Origin: a virus
Taxonomy: Duplodnaviria > Caudoviricetes
Virus record (IMG/VR): IMGVR_UViG_3300025502_000058
Location: 1-39,861 of that record
DNA length: 39,861 nt
Reading direction: 5' to 3' (one strand)
Part shown: positions 26,059 through 36,419 of the stretch, piece after piece
Layout: each line of letters opens with the position of its first letter
Numbering within the stretch: the stretch's first letter is position 1
Translations under genes and position numbers: made by a program
The notes under the pieces: generated by a model
What the model was told of the DNA's origin: nothing
What the model saw: the letters and a program-made list of their open reading frames with translations, nothing else
The model's database searches: none

Positions 26059-29000
26059 ATGATTGTTGGCGAGGCCCACATTATTGTGCGTGCCATCACT
26101 ACCGGTGTTCGTAGAGACATAAAAAGTGCCTTTAAAGATGTGGACGACATCGGGAAAGATGCTGGAAGAAACATTTCTCGAGGGCTTTCTAGAGGAATGT
26201 CCGGTGGTGGGGGTGGTGGTGGATTCTTCTCTAGTCTGGCAAGTCAGGCTGAGGGAGCTAGAGCAGCCTTTGATGCTTTAATTGCATCGGCCTACGCTTT
26301 AGGACCTGGTATTGCACTTCTTTTGGGGGCAGTAGGTTCCTTAGTCGGCGCATTTTTAGGGTTGGTTGCAACAACTGCAGGCGCAGTTCCATCCCTCATT
26401 GCATTAGTCGGTGTGTTTGCAGCAGTTGCTGCGGCAGCCGTAACTTTAAAACTTGCATTTATGGGGGTTGGCGAAGCCATAGGTGCCGGACTAAAAGCAA
26501 AAGATGCTTCTGGTGGAGCTAAAGCAGTTGCCCAAGACCTCACTAACTATTTTAGAAGAATTGCAGACGCTAAAGAGGCCCTTAGACGAGTGTACGAAGA
26601 GAGTAATCGTGCGGTAAATGACGCAGAAAAGAAACTCTTTAAAGCTCAGTCAGATTATTACCGTACAGAAGAAGATAACCTTGAAAAACTTGCAGAAGCG
26701 AAAGAAAAGTACGAAAGAGTTGTTCGAGAAGGAATAGAAAACATCTCTGACGCACAAGTAAGGCTTCAGGAAGTTGAAGCAAGATCAGCTAGAGCTATTT
26801 CGGACTCAAAAGCCCGAGTCCAAGAAGCTCAAGAAAATTTAAACAAGGCTTTTGAAGCTGGACGAGAGGAAATCCAACAACTTAAGTTTGCCGCTGAGGG
26901 TGCTGTTTTATCAGAGAAAAAAGCTGCTCTAGAGCTTGAGAAGGCAAGGGAAAAACTTCTTAGAGTTCAGGACGTTCCTCCAAACAGCAGAGTTAGAAAG
27001 GAAGCGGAGCTTGCTTTTGCTCAGGCTGATCTAAATTACCGAAAGGCAATTGACACTAATGCCGACATGGCAAAAGAGCAAAATAGACTTAATAAAGAGG
27101 GAGTAGACGGTACTGCCGGTGTAGTTGATGCTAAAAATAAACTAGCCTCTGCTACTCAAGGGCAGTTTGACGCGGAGGTAGAAGCTGCTAACGATGTAGC
27201 CGAAGCAAAAGTAAGACTTGCTAGGGTAGAAAGAGATGCAGCCGAGGCTGCAGTTGAGGCGAGTAGGGACAGACAAAAAGCAGCGGAAGATGCTGCGGAT
27301 GCAGAAGTAGCGGCCAGAGAAAGAATCTCAGCCGCCGAGGAAAATCTAGAGCAAGTTATTATTAAACGTCTTGACTCCGAATACGACGCTCAGCAGGCTT
27401 TGATAAGAGCAATAGAAGACTTAGAAAAGGCACAGAAAAAAGGTGCCGCTGCCGGGGCTGGTGCAGCCAATGCGTATGCCAATCAACTTAGCAAACTTTC
27501 TAAAGAGCAGAGAAAATTTGTTAGATATATGGTTGACACTTTTATTCCATCTATTGACAAGCTGAGAAATGCTGCGGCAAGAGAATTTTTTCCTAAACTT
27601 ATTCCCGCTTTAGAAAATCTCAGGACAAATCTTTTTCCCGCTCTAAAGCCATTGTTAGAAGAGACCGGGTCGGTATTGGGGGATATCGCAGAGCAGATAT
27701 CCGGTACTTTAACTTCTCCAGCGTTCTTAACAGGTCTGGAAGCTATCTGGGGCAATATAAATAGCACTATTCTTCCTGGGCTAGGCAATATCGGCTCTAA
27801 TGTTATTTTAGGGATAACAGATGTTCTCGAAGCTGCTCAGCCTCTGACAACTAGATTTGTCACGTACCTAGATAGAATAACAGAGTCCTTTAGCAAGATG
27901 TTTGATACAGAAGCAGAGAACAAAAAACTAGAGACATTCTTTAATAAAGCAGGATCAATTGCTGCTGAAATCGGGGGAATTATTGGAGACTTCTTCAGTG
28001 GTATAGGTACGATCATTGGGTCTCAAATGGAGCCAGATAGCGGTGGCTTCATCATGCTTAGATTCCTTAGAGATGGTGCTGCTGCCTTCAAAGCATTTAC
28101 AGACACCCCAGAAGGCCTAAAAAGAATTGAAGACTTTTTCAAAAATACTGCAAACAACGCCAAACCAATTCTAGGTTTTATTAACGACCTAGTCAAAGAA
28201 CTTTTAAAACTTGGGGAAAACCCAAACATTGGAAAATTCTTTACCACCTTAAAAGAGTCAGATTTTGTTGGCACTTTAGGTGACATCGCTAATGTCTTTG
28301 CAGATTCTGGTCCGGCCATAGCTGAGTTTGCTGCTTCTTTTGCTGAGTTTTCTAGAGCAACCCTAGAGTCCGAAGCTATCAACGTTTTTTACAAAACATT
28401 TACTGCTATTTTTGACGCGCTTACCAAACTATTTGAGACCCCTGCGGTAAAAGCCATTGCGCCAGTAGTTGCAAGCATTGCCGCCGCAGGGGTGGCAATG
28501 AGACTTTCTTGGAAACTACTTAAAATTCCTATTCTTGGTATTATAGAGCCTTTTACTAAGCTAGGAACTAAGTTATCTAAGCTCAGGAAAGATTCTGTTG
28601 CTCTTAAGGAAGCCGGAAAAAAACTATCTGTTTTTGGCAGACTTGCTGTACTTGGTGCAGGACCTCTGCTACTAGTGACAGCAATTATAGTTGGTGTAAT
28701 TGCAGCATTTGTTGCTATGTGGAGAGAGAGCGAAATCTTTAGAGAGGCGATAAAAAAGCTTATTGACGGAGTCATTACAAAAGCAATTACTATATTTGAG
28801 ACTCTAAAATTAAAACTTGAAGAGGCACTTGCACCACTAGGTGGTACCACCGGAATAGTGGACGGGCTAAAGTCAGCATTTAAATTCTTGGGGGACATAA
28901 TAGGAACTTATGTAGTCCCCGTTCTTGGAGTTATAATAGACATTATTCTTAATGTTCTTGGGGCAGCAATTGGATTTATTATTGACGCTTTAGGGTTTTT

Positions 29001-30168
29001 AATAAGGGCGGCAGTTTATGCTTGGCCGTACATTAAAGAAATTGTTAGCGGTTTTGTTTTCTGGTTCCAAGAAACAGTATGGCCTATTATTAACACAGTT
29101 ATTGGTCTTATAGTTGAATACTTCCAACTTTTATGGAAGGCAACGAAAGTTGTTTGGGGAATCATATATGATGTCATCAAAGTTGTTATCACCTGGTTCC
29201 AAAAAATTGTGTGGCCAATCATTAAATTTGTAGTTGGTCTTATAATTGGGTACTTTAAGTTTTTGGTTGGGATTATGAAGGTTGTCTGGGAGACTATATT
29301 TGCCGTAATTGGGGCAGTTATTAACTGGTTTAAGGAGACTGCATGGCCAATAATTAAAACTGTGGTGAACCTTGTTATAAATTATTTTGAGCTTTTGCAG
29401 GGAATCTTTAACACCGTTTGGGGGTTTATATTTACCGCAATTGATACGGTTGTAACTTGGTTTAAAGGTACTGCATGGCCTGCTCTAAAGTCCGCTATTG
29501 ACCTCATATCAAGTAAATTCACTGCTGTTAAAGATAAAATTTTAGAGGTTTGGGGCCTCATAAGAGCGAGAATAGACAAGGTAGTAAATTTTGTAAAAAA
29601 TAATATATTCCCAATCTTTACTTCAGCATTTGAGACAGTAAAAGATGTAATAGGCACTGTATGGGATAAAGTTAAAGACGTGTTTGACAAGATACAAACT
29701 AAAGTAGATAAAGTAGTTTCAAAGGTTAAGGGGTTCTTAACTGGGATGTGGAGCGGACTGTCAAGCGGATTGTCTGCCGCCTTTGACGTAGTTAAGAGAG
29801 TTTTGAATAGGTTAGCTAGAGGAGCAAACAATCTTATTGACGGTATAAACTTTCTAAATCCTTTCAAGAACATTCCAAGATTTAGCGACCCTCTATTCCC
29901 AATAGGTCTGGCCGAAGGTGGGATTGTACCGGCTAGGAGAGGGGGAACTTTAGCTGTTATTGGGGAGGCAGGTAGATCTGAAAGAGTTGAACCCCTAGAT
30001 CAGAACGGACTTTCAAAAAGAGATATAGCAATGATCAACATGCTGTCTGGCGGAGAGGGTGGCGGAGCAACAATTAATGTCTACCCAAGCCCAGGTATGG
30101 ATGAGGTAGAGTTAGCATCACTTATATCAAGAGAGATTTCATTTATGATGCGTAAGGGATCGGTATAA
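26059..30168 (+). CDS. Tape measure protein
   Basis: 1369 aa, helical and Ala-rich, with coiled coils, hydrophobic segments, 44-aa Trp repeats and a C-terminal LAEGGIV...IGEAG..E.V.PL motif. AAGGAGGT RBS. Confidence 0.92.
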   Translation: MIVGEAHIIVRAITTGVRRDIKSAFKDVDDIGKDAGRNISRGLSRGMSGGGGGGGFFSSLASQAEGARAAFDALIASAYALGPGIALLLGAVGSLVGAFLGLVATTAGAVPSLIALVGVFAAVAAAAVTLKLAFMGVGEAIGAGLKAKDASGGAKAVAQDLTNYFRRIADAKEALRRVYEESNRAVNDAEKKLFKAQSDYYRTEEDNLEKLAEAKEKYERVVREGIENISDAQVRLQEVEARSARAISDSKARVQEAQENLNKAFEAGREEIQQLKFAAEGAVLSEKKAALELEKAREKLLRVQDVPPNSRVRKEAELAFAQADLNYRKAIDTNADMAKEQNRLNKEGVDGTAGVVDAKNKLASATQGQFDAEVEAANDVAEAKVRLARVERDAAEAAVEASRDRQKAAEDAADAEVAARERISAAEENLEQVIIKRLDSEYDAQQALIRAIEDLEKAQKKGAAAGAGAANAYANQLSKLSKEQRKFVRYMVDTFIPSIDKLRNAAAREFFPKLIPALENLRTNLFPALKPLLEETGSVLGDIAEQISGTLTSPAFLTGLEAIWGNINSTILPGLGNIGSNVILGITDVLEAAQPLTTRFVTYLDRITESFSKMFDTEAENKKLETFFNKAGSIAAEIGGIIGDFFSGIGTIIGSQMEPDSGGFIMLRFLRDGAAAFKAFTDTPEGLKRIEDFFKNTANNAKPILGFINDLVKELLKLGENPNIGKFFTTLKESDFVGTLGDIANVFADSGPAIAEFAASFAEFSRATLESEAINVFYKTFTAIFDALTKLFETPAVKAIAPVVASIAAAGVAMRLSWKLLKIPILGIIEPFTKLGTKLSKLRKDSVALKEAGKKLSVFGRLAVLGAGPLLLVTAIIVGVIAAFVAMWRESEIFREAIKKLIDGVITKAITIFETLKLKLEEALAPLGGTTGIVDGLKSAFKFLGDIIGTYVVPVLGVIIDIILNVLGAAIGFIIDALGFLIRAAVYAWPYIKEIVSGFVFWFQETVWPIINTVIGLIVEYFQLLWKATKVVWGIIYDVIKVVITWFQKIVWPIIKFVVGLIIGYFKFLVGIMKVVWETIFAVIGAVINWFKETAWPIIKTVVNLVINYFELLQGIFNTVWGFIFTAIDTVVTWFKGTAWPALKSAIDLISSKFTAVKDKILEVWGLIRARIDKVVNFVKNNIFPIFTSAFETVKDVIGTVWDKVKDVFDKIQTKVDKVVSKVKGFLTGMWSGLSSGLSAAFDVVKRVLNRLARGANNLIDGINFLNPFKNIPRFSDPLFPIGLAEGGIVPARRGGTLAVIGEAGRSERVEPLDQNGLSKRDIAMINMLSGGEGGGATINVYPSPGMDEVELASLISREISFMMRKGSV

Positions 30169-31088
30169 TGGTAGACCCAACACTACAGAGTTACGAAAAT
30201 ACACAGGTAAACCGTGGATTAACTCCTGAGCCATATCCGCACATAACTGGTCTTAAACTACAGTCCGACATTATTCTTGGTGAGTTTGTCTTGAACACAA
30301 TCGATTCTGATGGCATTGTGTGGGTAGTAGAAGATATTGAGGGTTGGTGGAATGTCCCTGATCCAGAGGTTCCAGACTACCCCCGAGGTAATGCAGACGG
30401 TTCATACGATGTTCGTGGCAGGTGGGGATTTAGACAGTTAACTCTTTCGGGGTCTTTCATTGTCCCGGACAGCAGTTACGTTCCTTTGGCCAGACAAAGA
30501 CTTATTGATGCGGCAAATCTTGTTTATAGAGGGACTTGGTTGCGAGTAAACGAGAGTAACTACAACAAGGTAGCTTGGGTACGTCTTAGTGGTAGGCCGA
30601 TGATTCAGACAGTAAATGCTAGAGGAAGAACAAATTTTTCTATCGGTCTAAGAGCCCCTGATCCGATTAAGTATTCGTGGAACTATGACGATCCTGACGG
30701 CTTCGATATTGCAAATCTTCCTATCCTTGACCTAGAAGGTGCTCCCGGACAAGCCGTTGTTGAGAATGTAGGTAACACCCCCACCCCATGCAATATAAGA
30801 ATATTTGGTCCGGTAAGTGCCGGTACTGTTATTCAAAATGCCACCAGACTTGAGTTAATAATTTTGAGAGAAGATATTCCTTCCGAAAGCGTTTTAGATA
30901 TCGACACGTACGACAACTCTGTATCGTTGGATGGCGAAGTTTCTGGTGCCAGATCCCTTATTGATCCTCTAGCAGATTGGATAAAACTGAATCCTGGATT
31001 GAACCTTGTTCAGTACTATGATCCAAACAATCTAGTAGGTAGCACTGCAACGGCTCAGATATACTATAGATCTGGTTGGATCGGGTAG
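30168..31088 (+). CDS. Distal tail (Dit-like) minor tail protein
   Basis: Overlaps the tape measure stop. IEGWW, GFRQLTLSG, LRAPDPIKY, VENVGNTPT, WIKLNPGLN and YRSGW motifs. Confidence 0.8.
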   Translation: MVDPTLQSYENTQVNRGLTPEPYPHITGLKLQSDIILGEFVLNTIDSDGIVWVVEDIEGWWNVPDPEVPDYPRGNADGSYDVRGRWGFRQLTLSGSFIVPDSSYVPLARQRLIDAANLVYRGTWLRVNESNYNKVAWVRLSGRPMIQTVNARGRTNFSIGLRAPDPIKYSWNYDDPDGFDIANLPILDLEGAPGQAVVENVGNTPTPCNIRIFGPVSAGTVIQNATRLELIILREDIPSESVLDIDTYDNSVSLDGEVSGARSLIDPLADWIKLNPGLNLVQYYDPNNLVGSTATAQIYYRSGWIG

Positions 31089-31125
31089 TTTCAACTATAA
31101 AGACGTTAGACATAGGAGATATTAA

Positions 31126-33219
31126 ATGCCAGTTAATCCGCTAGCGGGTTTAGGTGTATTTGACAGTTACGGCCTAGACAACCCAGATATTGCTGGATAC
31201 TACGCTGACTATAAGTTTTTTACTACGGACTTTCTTACCAACACTATTCTTTCTGAAATACCGTTTAAGGATGTTAGCTGGGAAAGATCTATTAAATCAG
31301 CCGGACAATTTTCTGGAAGTATAGAAGTTATTCCCGAAACTCAGAGGGTGGTTGGATCTACTGAGCCGGGAAGCGTAGATTCTGGTACATCTCATCTAGA
31401 TCTATACAACAGCACGCAACCGGGGAAAACGTGTTTGTATGTTGTTAGAAACGGCGTCTGCGTTTGGGGGGGAATTATTTGGACAAGAACCTATGACATT
31501 ATAAGTAGGAAACTTAGTGTTTCAGCGTCCGAATTTACCAGCTATTTGTACCATAGAGTGGCGTGGAAAACCATAAACAACGAATACATAGCAAGAGTCG
31601 TTTCCGACAATGGGGCCTGCCAAGTTACGCTACTTAACTATTCAGAATTTAACACGGTAAAACCTGGTGCAAGCGTACGAGTAATTTTTAGAGAAGTAAG
31701 TGATTTTATCTACAACGGGTACTTTACAGTGCAGACAACCCTCAACCCTCAAAGCAGTATATTCTCTATAAATATTCCCACACTTCCTTCAGGGACTTAT
31801 GACCTAGCAATTGTCTATATTCGTTCAGATACATTTGACTATGTACGTCAACTACTAGACAGCACATTTATAGATTTTATTGATAAATCGTTCCCTAATG
31901 AAGAGATTGAGCCTGCTCTAGGGACAGATGTCCGGATAACTAGAACACAAATTGTTGACGGTGTAGGGACAGTTAATACACAGCTACCACACAATGCTAT
32001 AGAGAATCAGGTTGTGTATATTTCTAATGTAAACTCAACCTATAATGGAAATGCTTTAATTATAGATATACCAAATGACTTTACTTTTACTTATGTAGCT
32101 ACTGGATCTCCAAACACCCCAGAGCAGTTTCCAGCAGTTAAGTCATTATCCGTTACACATAAAGAACTAGAAAACTATAAAATAACACTCACTACAAATG
32201 CTCCTCATGGGTTTGAGGAGTTTGACAGCGTAGTGATAGATGGAGTGGACAACGGGACAGAGACTATTGCAATATTTAACGGAACCCACTTTATCGCAGA
32301 AATAAATAGCCCAACAAGGTTCTCGTACTTTTCTGGAGGAATCTACGACCAGGAATTTCAATCAAGCGGTGGCTCTGCTGTTGTGACACCAACACTTACT
32401 TCCGGAACTTATGGCTCCTTCCCCTACAGTTCAGAGTTTGGCTTGTTATACTCAGGAGATTTTTCTGGTAGTAACGCAGAAAATACTAACATCAGGGGTT
32501 TTGAACTTAAGTCTATTGGAGAAGAGTTAGATAGATATTCGGACATATTAAACGGTTTTGAGTACCGAATAGACTGTGACTATGATTTTGAGCAAGCAGA
32601 GTTTAGGAGAACTTTTGTTCTTATGCCAATACAGCTCCCGGGTGCCCCAGCAGATGGTTCTGTATCTCCTATATCTAGATTCCCAGGAGCTAATAACTTA
32701 GTCTTTGAATATCCGGGTAATATAGATCAGTTTAGTATGGAAGAATCTGCAGAGAATGCCGCAACAAGATTTTTTGTTAGTGGAAATATCCCTGATCTAG
32801 GTGATGACGCTAGTCAGCCTTATGCCGCTGCTAGCAATCAATATCTTATTTCTCGGGGATGGCCTTTGCTAGACGAGGTAGAAGATAAAAATGATGTCTA
32901 CGACGAAGAAGAACTTTACTCTCACGCGCAGAGATACCTACTAGAGTTTCAGCCTCCTATAACCAAAATGACGGTGTCTGTTAACGGATCAATGTTCCCG
33001 CAAGTAGATTCACTAAAACCCGGGCTATGGTGCAGTCTTTTCATAAACGATCAGTTCTTCAAGGAGAGACTTGCCAGTCCTTTAGAACCTAGAGACGATA
33101 TTTTGCTACGAAAAATTAACTCTGTAAAAGTTTCTGTCCCAAACATGCCAACGTTTCCTGAAAAAGTTTCACTAGACCTAATCCCAGAATGGGAAGTAGA
33201 TACAGGAAAGAAGGCATAA
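31126..33219 (+). CDS. Baseplate hub / minor tail protein with inserted beta-domain repeats
   Basis: LYVVRNGVCVWGGIIW, GFEYRID, VFEYPGNI and GWPLLDEV motifs of siphovirus Gp37-like hub proteins. Central repeats. Confidence 0.72.
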   Translation: MPVNPLAGLGVFDSYGLDNPDIAGYYADYKFFTTDFLTNTILSEIPFKDVSWERSIKSAGQFSGSIEVIPETQRVVGSTEPGSVDSGTSHLDLYNSTQPGKTCLYVVRNGVCVWGGIIWTRTYDIISRKLSVSASEFTSYLYHRVAWKTINNEYIARVVSDNGACQVTLLNYSEFNTVKPGASVRVIFREVSDFIYNGYFTVQTTLNPQSSIFSINIPTLPSGTYDLAIVYIRSDTFDYVRQLLDSTFIDFIDKSFPNEEIEPALGTDVRITRTQIVDGVGTVNTQLPHNAIENQVVYISNVNSTYNGNALIIDIPNDFTFTYVATGSPNTPEQFPAVKSLSVTHKELENYKITLTTNAPHGFEEFDSVVIDGVDNGTETIAIFNGTHFIAEINSPTRFSYFSGGIYDQEFQSSGGSAVVTPTLTSGTYGSFPYSSEFGLLYSGDFSGSNAENTNIRGFELKSIGEELDRYSDILNGFEYRIDCDYDFEQAEFRRTFVLMPIQLPGAPADGSVSPISRFPGANNLVFEYPGNIDQFSMEESAENAATRFFVSGNIPDLGDDASQPYAAASNQYLISRGWPLLDEVEDKNDVYDEEELYSHAQRYLLEFQPPITKMTVSVNGSMFPQVDSLKPGLWCSLFINDQFFKERLASPLEPRDDILLRKINSVKVSVPNMPTFPEKVSLDLIPEWEVDTGKKA

Positions 33220-33220
33220 G

Positions 33221-34015
33221 ATGGCTAGCAATAGATTTAGATCTAAGAGAAACGTATCTAACAGACTTGTAAGTGCAGAGTCTAGACTGTCTTTTCTTAC
33301 AAGACGTCCGACACCTAGGAAACTGGCAGACAATTTCATTTTCACAAATAATGTGAGAAGAGAGGCGATTGTAGAGCCTCTTATTGGTGTAGACGCTATA
33401 TCAAACGAAAAAATACAGGATGGTGCCGTTGACACAGATCAAATTGAGATGGATGCAATTAACGGAAAAAACATTACATCAAGCAACATTACTGACTCCA
33501 ACATAAGTAATTCTACGATAGATAGCTGTGAAATAACTAACTCTACTTTTGACACTATAGAAGGTGCAAATTTTATAGTTACAGATGCTTTTGATATGAC
33601 TAATGGAGAACTTAAACAGGTAACAATTACCGATGATTCTCTGCTTGAAGGTGTTGACGTAGTATTAAGTGGCGTGACTTTAGAGGGTGTTTTTGCAGAC
33701 ACTATTACTTCTGAGGGTTCCCTACTCTTGAATGCGGCTTCAGACGTAGTTTTGGCTGGTACGGGGTTTATCGTTAGCACGGGGGGAGCCGTGATGACTA
33801 TGACCGACACAAACTTTGGTATTTCTTCTGGAGCTGGATTTATTTTGGGTCCCAGTGCCGTTGAATTTGGGGTTAGTTGGCAGAATTTTTTACTAAACGG
33901 CGTGGCTCTTGTAGACCAAAATACATATATCGATGATCTTTTTGATATATATGACGAGATTGCTGCCCTTCAAACACAGATAGATGGCAAAGCCAGCTCC
34001 GGACACAGCCACTAA
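33221..34015 (+). CDS. Minor tail/spike-like protein with C-terminal HxH
   Basis: Pentapeptide-like ITSSN/ITDSN/ISNST repeats, beta-rich body, short coiled coil, ending IDGKASSGHSH. Confidence 0.6.
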   Translation: MASNRFRSKRNVSNRLVSAESRLSFLTRRPTPRKLADNFIFTNNVRREAIVEPLIGVDAISNEKIQDGAVDTDQIEMDAINGKNITSSNITDSNISNSTIDSCEITNSTFDTIEGANFIVTDAFDMTNGELKQVTITDDSLLEGVDVVLSGVTLEGVFADTITSEGSLLLNAASDVVLAGTGFIVSTGGAVMTMTDTNFGISSGAGFILGPSAVEFGVSWQNFLLNGVALVDQNTYIDDLFDIYDEIAALQTQIDGKASSGHSH

Positions 34016-34067
34016 CAATGAAAACCTGCGATAGACTTATGTCATACAGCGACTTAGGAGACAATAA

Positions 34068-34538
34068 ATGTATGAAGTAAAAGACGGTTCTCGGATCTTA
34101 CAATTTGAGGGACGACTACTCGGGGAGTCTAGTTCGTGGAGAACCGGATCGACTCGGTGGATAGAATTCAAACTGTATAGAACAGAAAGCGGATCATACA
34201 TTCTCTCAAGAGTTGGTGCCTCGCTAGTGTTTCATGGTGCGGCATGTTCGTTGGTAAAACGATACGGACTAATCGAGTCTTCAACTGAGGCTTTGCTCGA
34301 TGATGCACTTCCTTGCGAAGAGTGCTACCCAGACTTTAACTTACCTGTAGTTTTTCCCGAGAAGTTTCGTAATTGGGCTCAAGTATCGGAAGACCCAGGA
34401 GCCGTACTGGAAGCCCTGTACAAGTATGATACTGGTGGCGCTAGATATTTAACTAATGTAGCCCAGAGGCTTTTAGAGAATGCTTCAGATAAAGATACAG
34501 GTATTGACGGAGTCTATAGGGTTGAAATGATTCCGTAA
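34068..34538 (+). CDS. Hypothetical phage protein, possible Zn-binding
   Basis: RWIEFKLYRTESGSYIL motif, H..AC and CEEC. AGGAG RBS. Confidence 0.65.
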   Translation: MYEVKDGSRILQFEGRLLGESSSWRTGSTRWIEFKLYRTESGSYILSRVGASLVFHGAACSLVKRYGLIESSTEALLDDALPCEECYPDFNLPVVFPEKFRNWAQVSEDPGAVLEALYKYDTGGARYLTNVAQRLLENASDKDTGIDGVYRVEMIP

Positions 34539-34586
34539 AAGAACTACAGTAGGTACAAAGACAAATGACAATAAGCAGGAGAAAAA

Positions 34587-36419
34587 GTGACTGAAGCTAC
34601 GAACGGCCTCTCAGATGTAAAACTACACTTGGTAGATAGTGTAGAAATGGCGTCAAAATTTCTTGCATGGGCCTCAGAACGCCGACCTTATGATGCAGTA
34701 GGTGTTGATATCGAGACCGGAGAAATCCCCGGTAATCATAAGGACGATGCCTTATCTCCTTGGCATGGAAACATCCGTCTAGTTCAGATAGGTGACGGTA
34801 TGCAAGGCTGGGCCATCCCTTGGGATGAATGGTCTGGGGTATTCTACGAATTCACTAAAAATTTTAGCGGACCAGTTGTGTGCCACAACATTGCCTTTGA
34901 AGCTAGATGGTTTGCTGTAAAATCTAAATGGGAAATTCCTTGGCATAACGCGCATGACACAATGATCATGGCGCACCTAATAGATCCGATAGGGTCTGTT
35001 GCTCTAAAAAGATTAGCCTCACTACATGTAGACCCCAGATCCGCAAGCTTGCAAGGCACATTGAGTTCTTCACTTGCTGAAAACGGTTGGACATGGGGAA
35101 CCGTTCCTGTCAACTTTGAGCCATACTGGGTTTATGGCGCGCTAGACCCTGTCATTACCATGCGTCTTTGGGAGAAATTCTATAGGGAGTGTGGCCCAGG
35201 AAGTCAGTACGAAAAAGCGTACGAACTTGAAATGGCTACACGAAAAATAGTCACTCGTATGGAAATTAATGGTGCGCGTGTAGACCTTGACTACTCCAAG
35301 AAAAAGTATGACGAACTAATCTCATACACCGAGCAAGTTAAAGAGTGGGCATCAAAAAAATATGGGGGTACAAGCATAACTAGTAATCCTCAGTTAGTTC
35401 GCTTAGTAGATAGATTAGGTGGAGTAATTACCGAGGTAACTCCATCTGGACAAAAGTCTGCATCTAAAGAGCAGATGGAAAAGTTGATAGTTACGGGTAA
35501 TAGCGAGGTAAAAGAATTAGCAACTGCGGTACTGCAACAAAGAAAAGCGGCAAAACTGGCATCTACCTACTTCTCAAACTTTATGGACAAGCATGTGGAC
35601 GGCGTGTTACATCCTTCTATTCGTACTCTTGGTGCAAGGACCGGACGCATGGCCATGTCTGATCCGGCCCTACAAACTCTACCTACCGGAGACGCTACCG
35701 TTCGTAGGGCGTTTATTCCCAAGGACGAAGACCATGTAATTATTTCTTCTGACCTAGACCAAGTTGAGTTTCGTTTGACTGCCGCGATGAGTCAGGACGC
35801 TCAGTTGATTAGTTTGTTTAATCAGGCAGACTCTACCGGTGGCGACCCTTTTACAGAGATTATGCGCGACATCTATCAGGACCCTTCACTGATAAAATCT
35901 GACCCTAGAAGGAAGCTAGTAAAGTCAACAATCTACGGCAAGCTGTACGGAGCAGGCGTAACAAAGATGGCCGAAACGTCCGGTGTGCCCGAAGATCAAA
36001 TGAAGTCCGTGGTAGACGCATTTGATCGTGCATATCCGGGTGTAAAGCAGTTACAAAAACAAATTGAAGACATAGGAACTAAACGACTCAATGCAGAGGG
36101 TCAAGGATATGTTAGAACTGTTACCGGTAGAAGGCTCCCTTGCGACGATGATCGAGTGTATTCGCTGACTAATTATCTTGTCCAAGCAAGTGCAGCTGAA
36201 GTTTTTAAAATGAACTTAGTAAAGATGGACATGGCAGACTTGACAGAACTAATGATTGTTCCCGTACATGATGAAATTGTTTTGCAGGCTCCTAGGAAGG
36301 ACGTACAAGAAATTATGAGAACTGTTCAGGAATGTATGACCACAAACGAGGGTTGGGCAGTTCCTCTTACTGCCGGAGTTGATGGTCCTTTTGAGAACTG
36401 GGGGCAGAAATATGAGTAA
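34587..36419 (+). CDS. polA: Family A DNA polymerase with 3'-5' exonuclease domain
   Basis: Exonuclease motifs VDIET, HNIAFE, HDTM and YGALD; RTGRMA; motif A DLDQVEFR, motif B RKLVKSTIYGKLYG, motif C VHDE. Confidence 0.93.
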   Translation: MTEATNGLSDVKLHLVDSVEMASKFLAWASERRPYDAVGVDIETGEIPGNHKDDALSPWHGNIRLVQIGDGMQGWAIPWDEWSGVFYEFTKNFSGPVVCHNIAFEARWFAVKSKWEIPWHNAHDTMIMAHLIDPIGSVALKRLASLHVDPRSASLQGTLSSSLAENGWTWGTVPVNFEPYWVYGALDPVITMRLWEKFYRECGPGSQYEKAYELEMATRKIVTRMEINGARVDLDYSKKKYDELISYTEQVKEWASKKYGGTSITSNPQLVRLVDRLGGVITEVTPSGQKSASKEQMEKLIVTGNSEVKELATAVLQQRKAAKLASTYFSNFMDKHVDGVLHPSIRTLGARTGRMAMSDPALQTLPTGDATVRRAFIPKDEDHVIISSDLDQVEFRLTAAMSQDAQLISLFNQADSTGGDPFTEIMRDIYQDPSLIKSDPRRKLVKSTIYGKLYGAGVTKMAETSGVPEDQMKSVVDAFDRAYPGVKQLQKQIEDIGTKRLNAEGQGYVRTVTGRRLPCDDDRVYSLTNYLVQASAAEVFKMNLVKMDMADLTELMIVPVHDEIVLQAPRKDVQEIMRTVQECMTTNEGWAVPLTAGVDGPFENWGQKYE

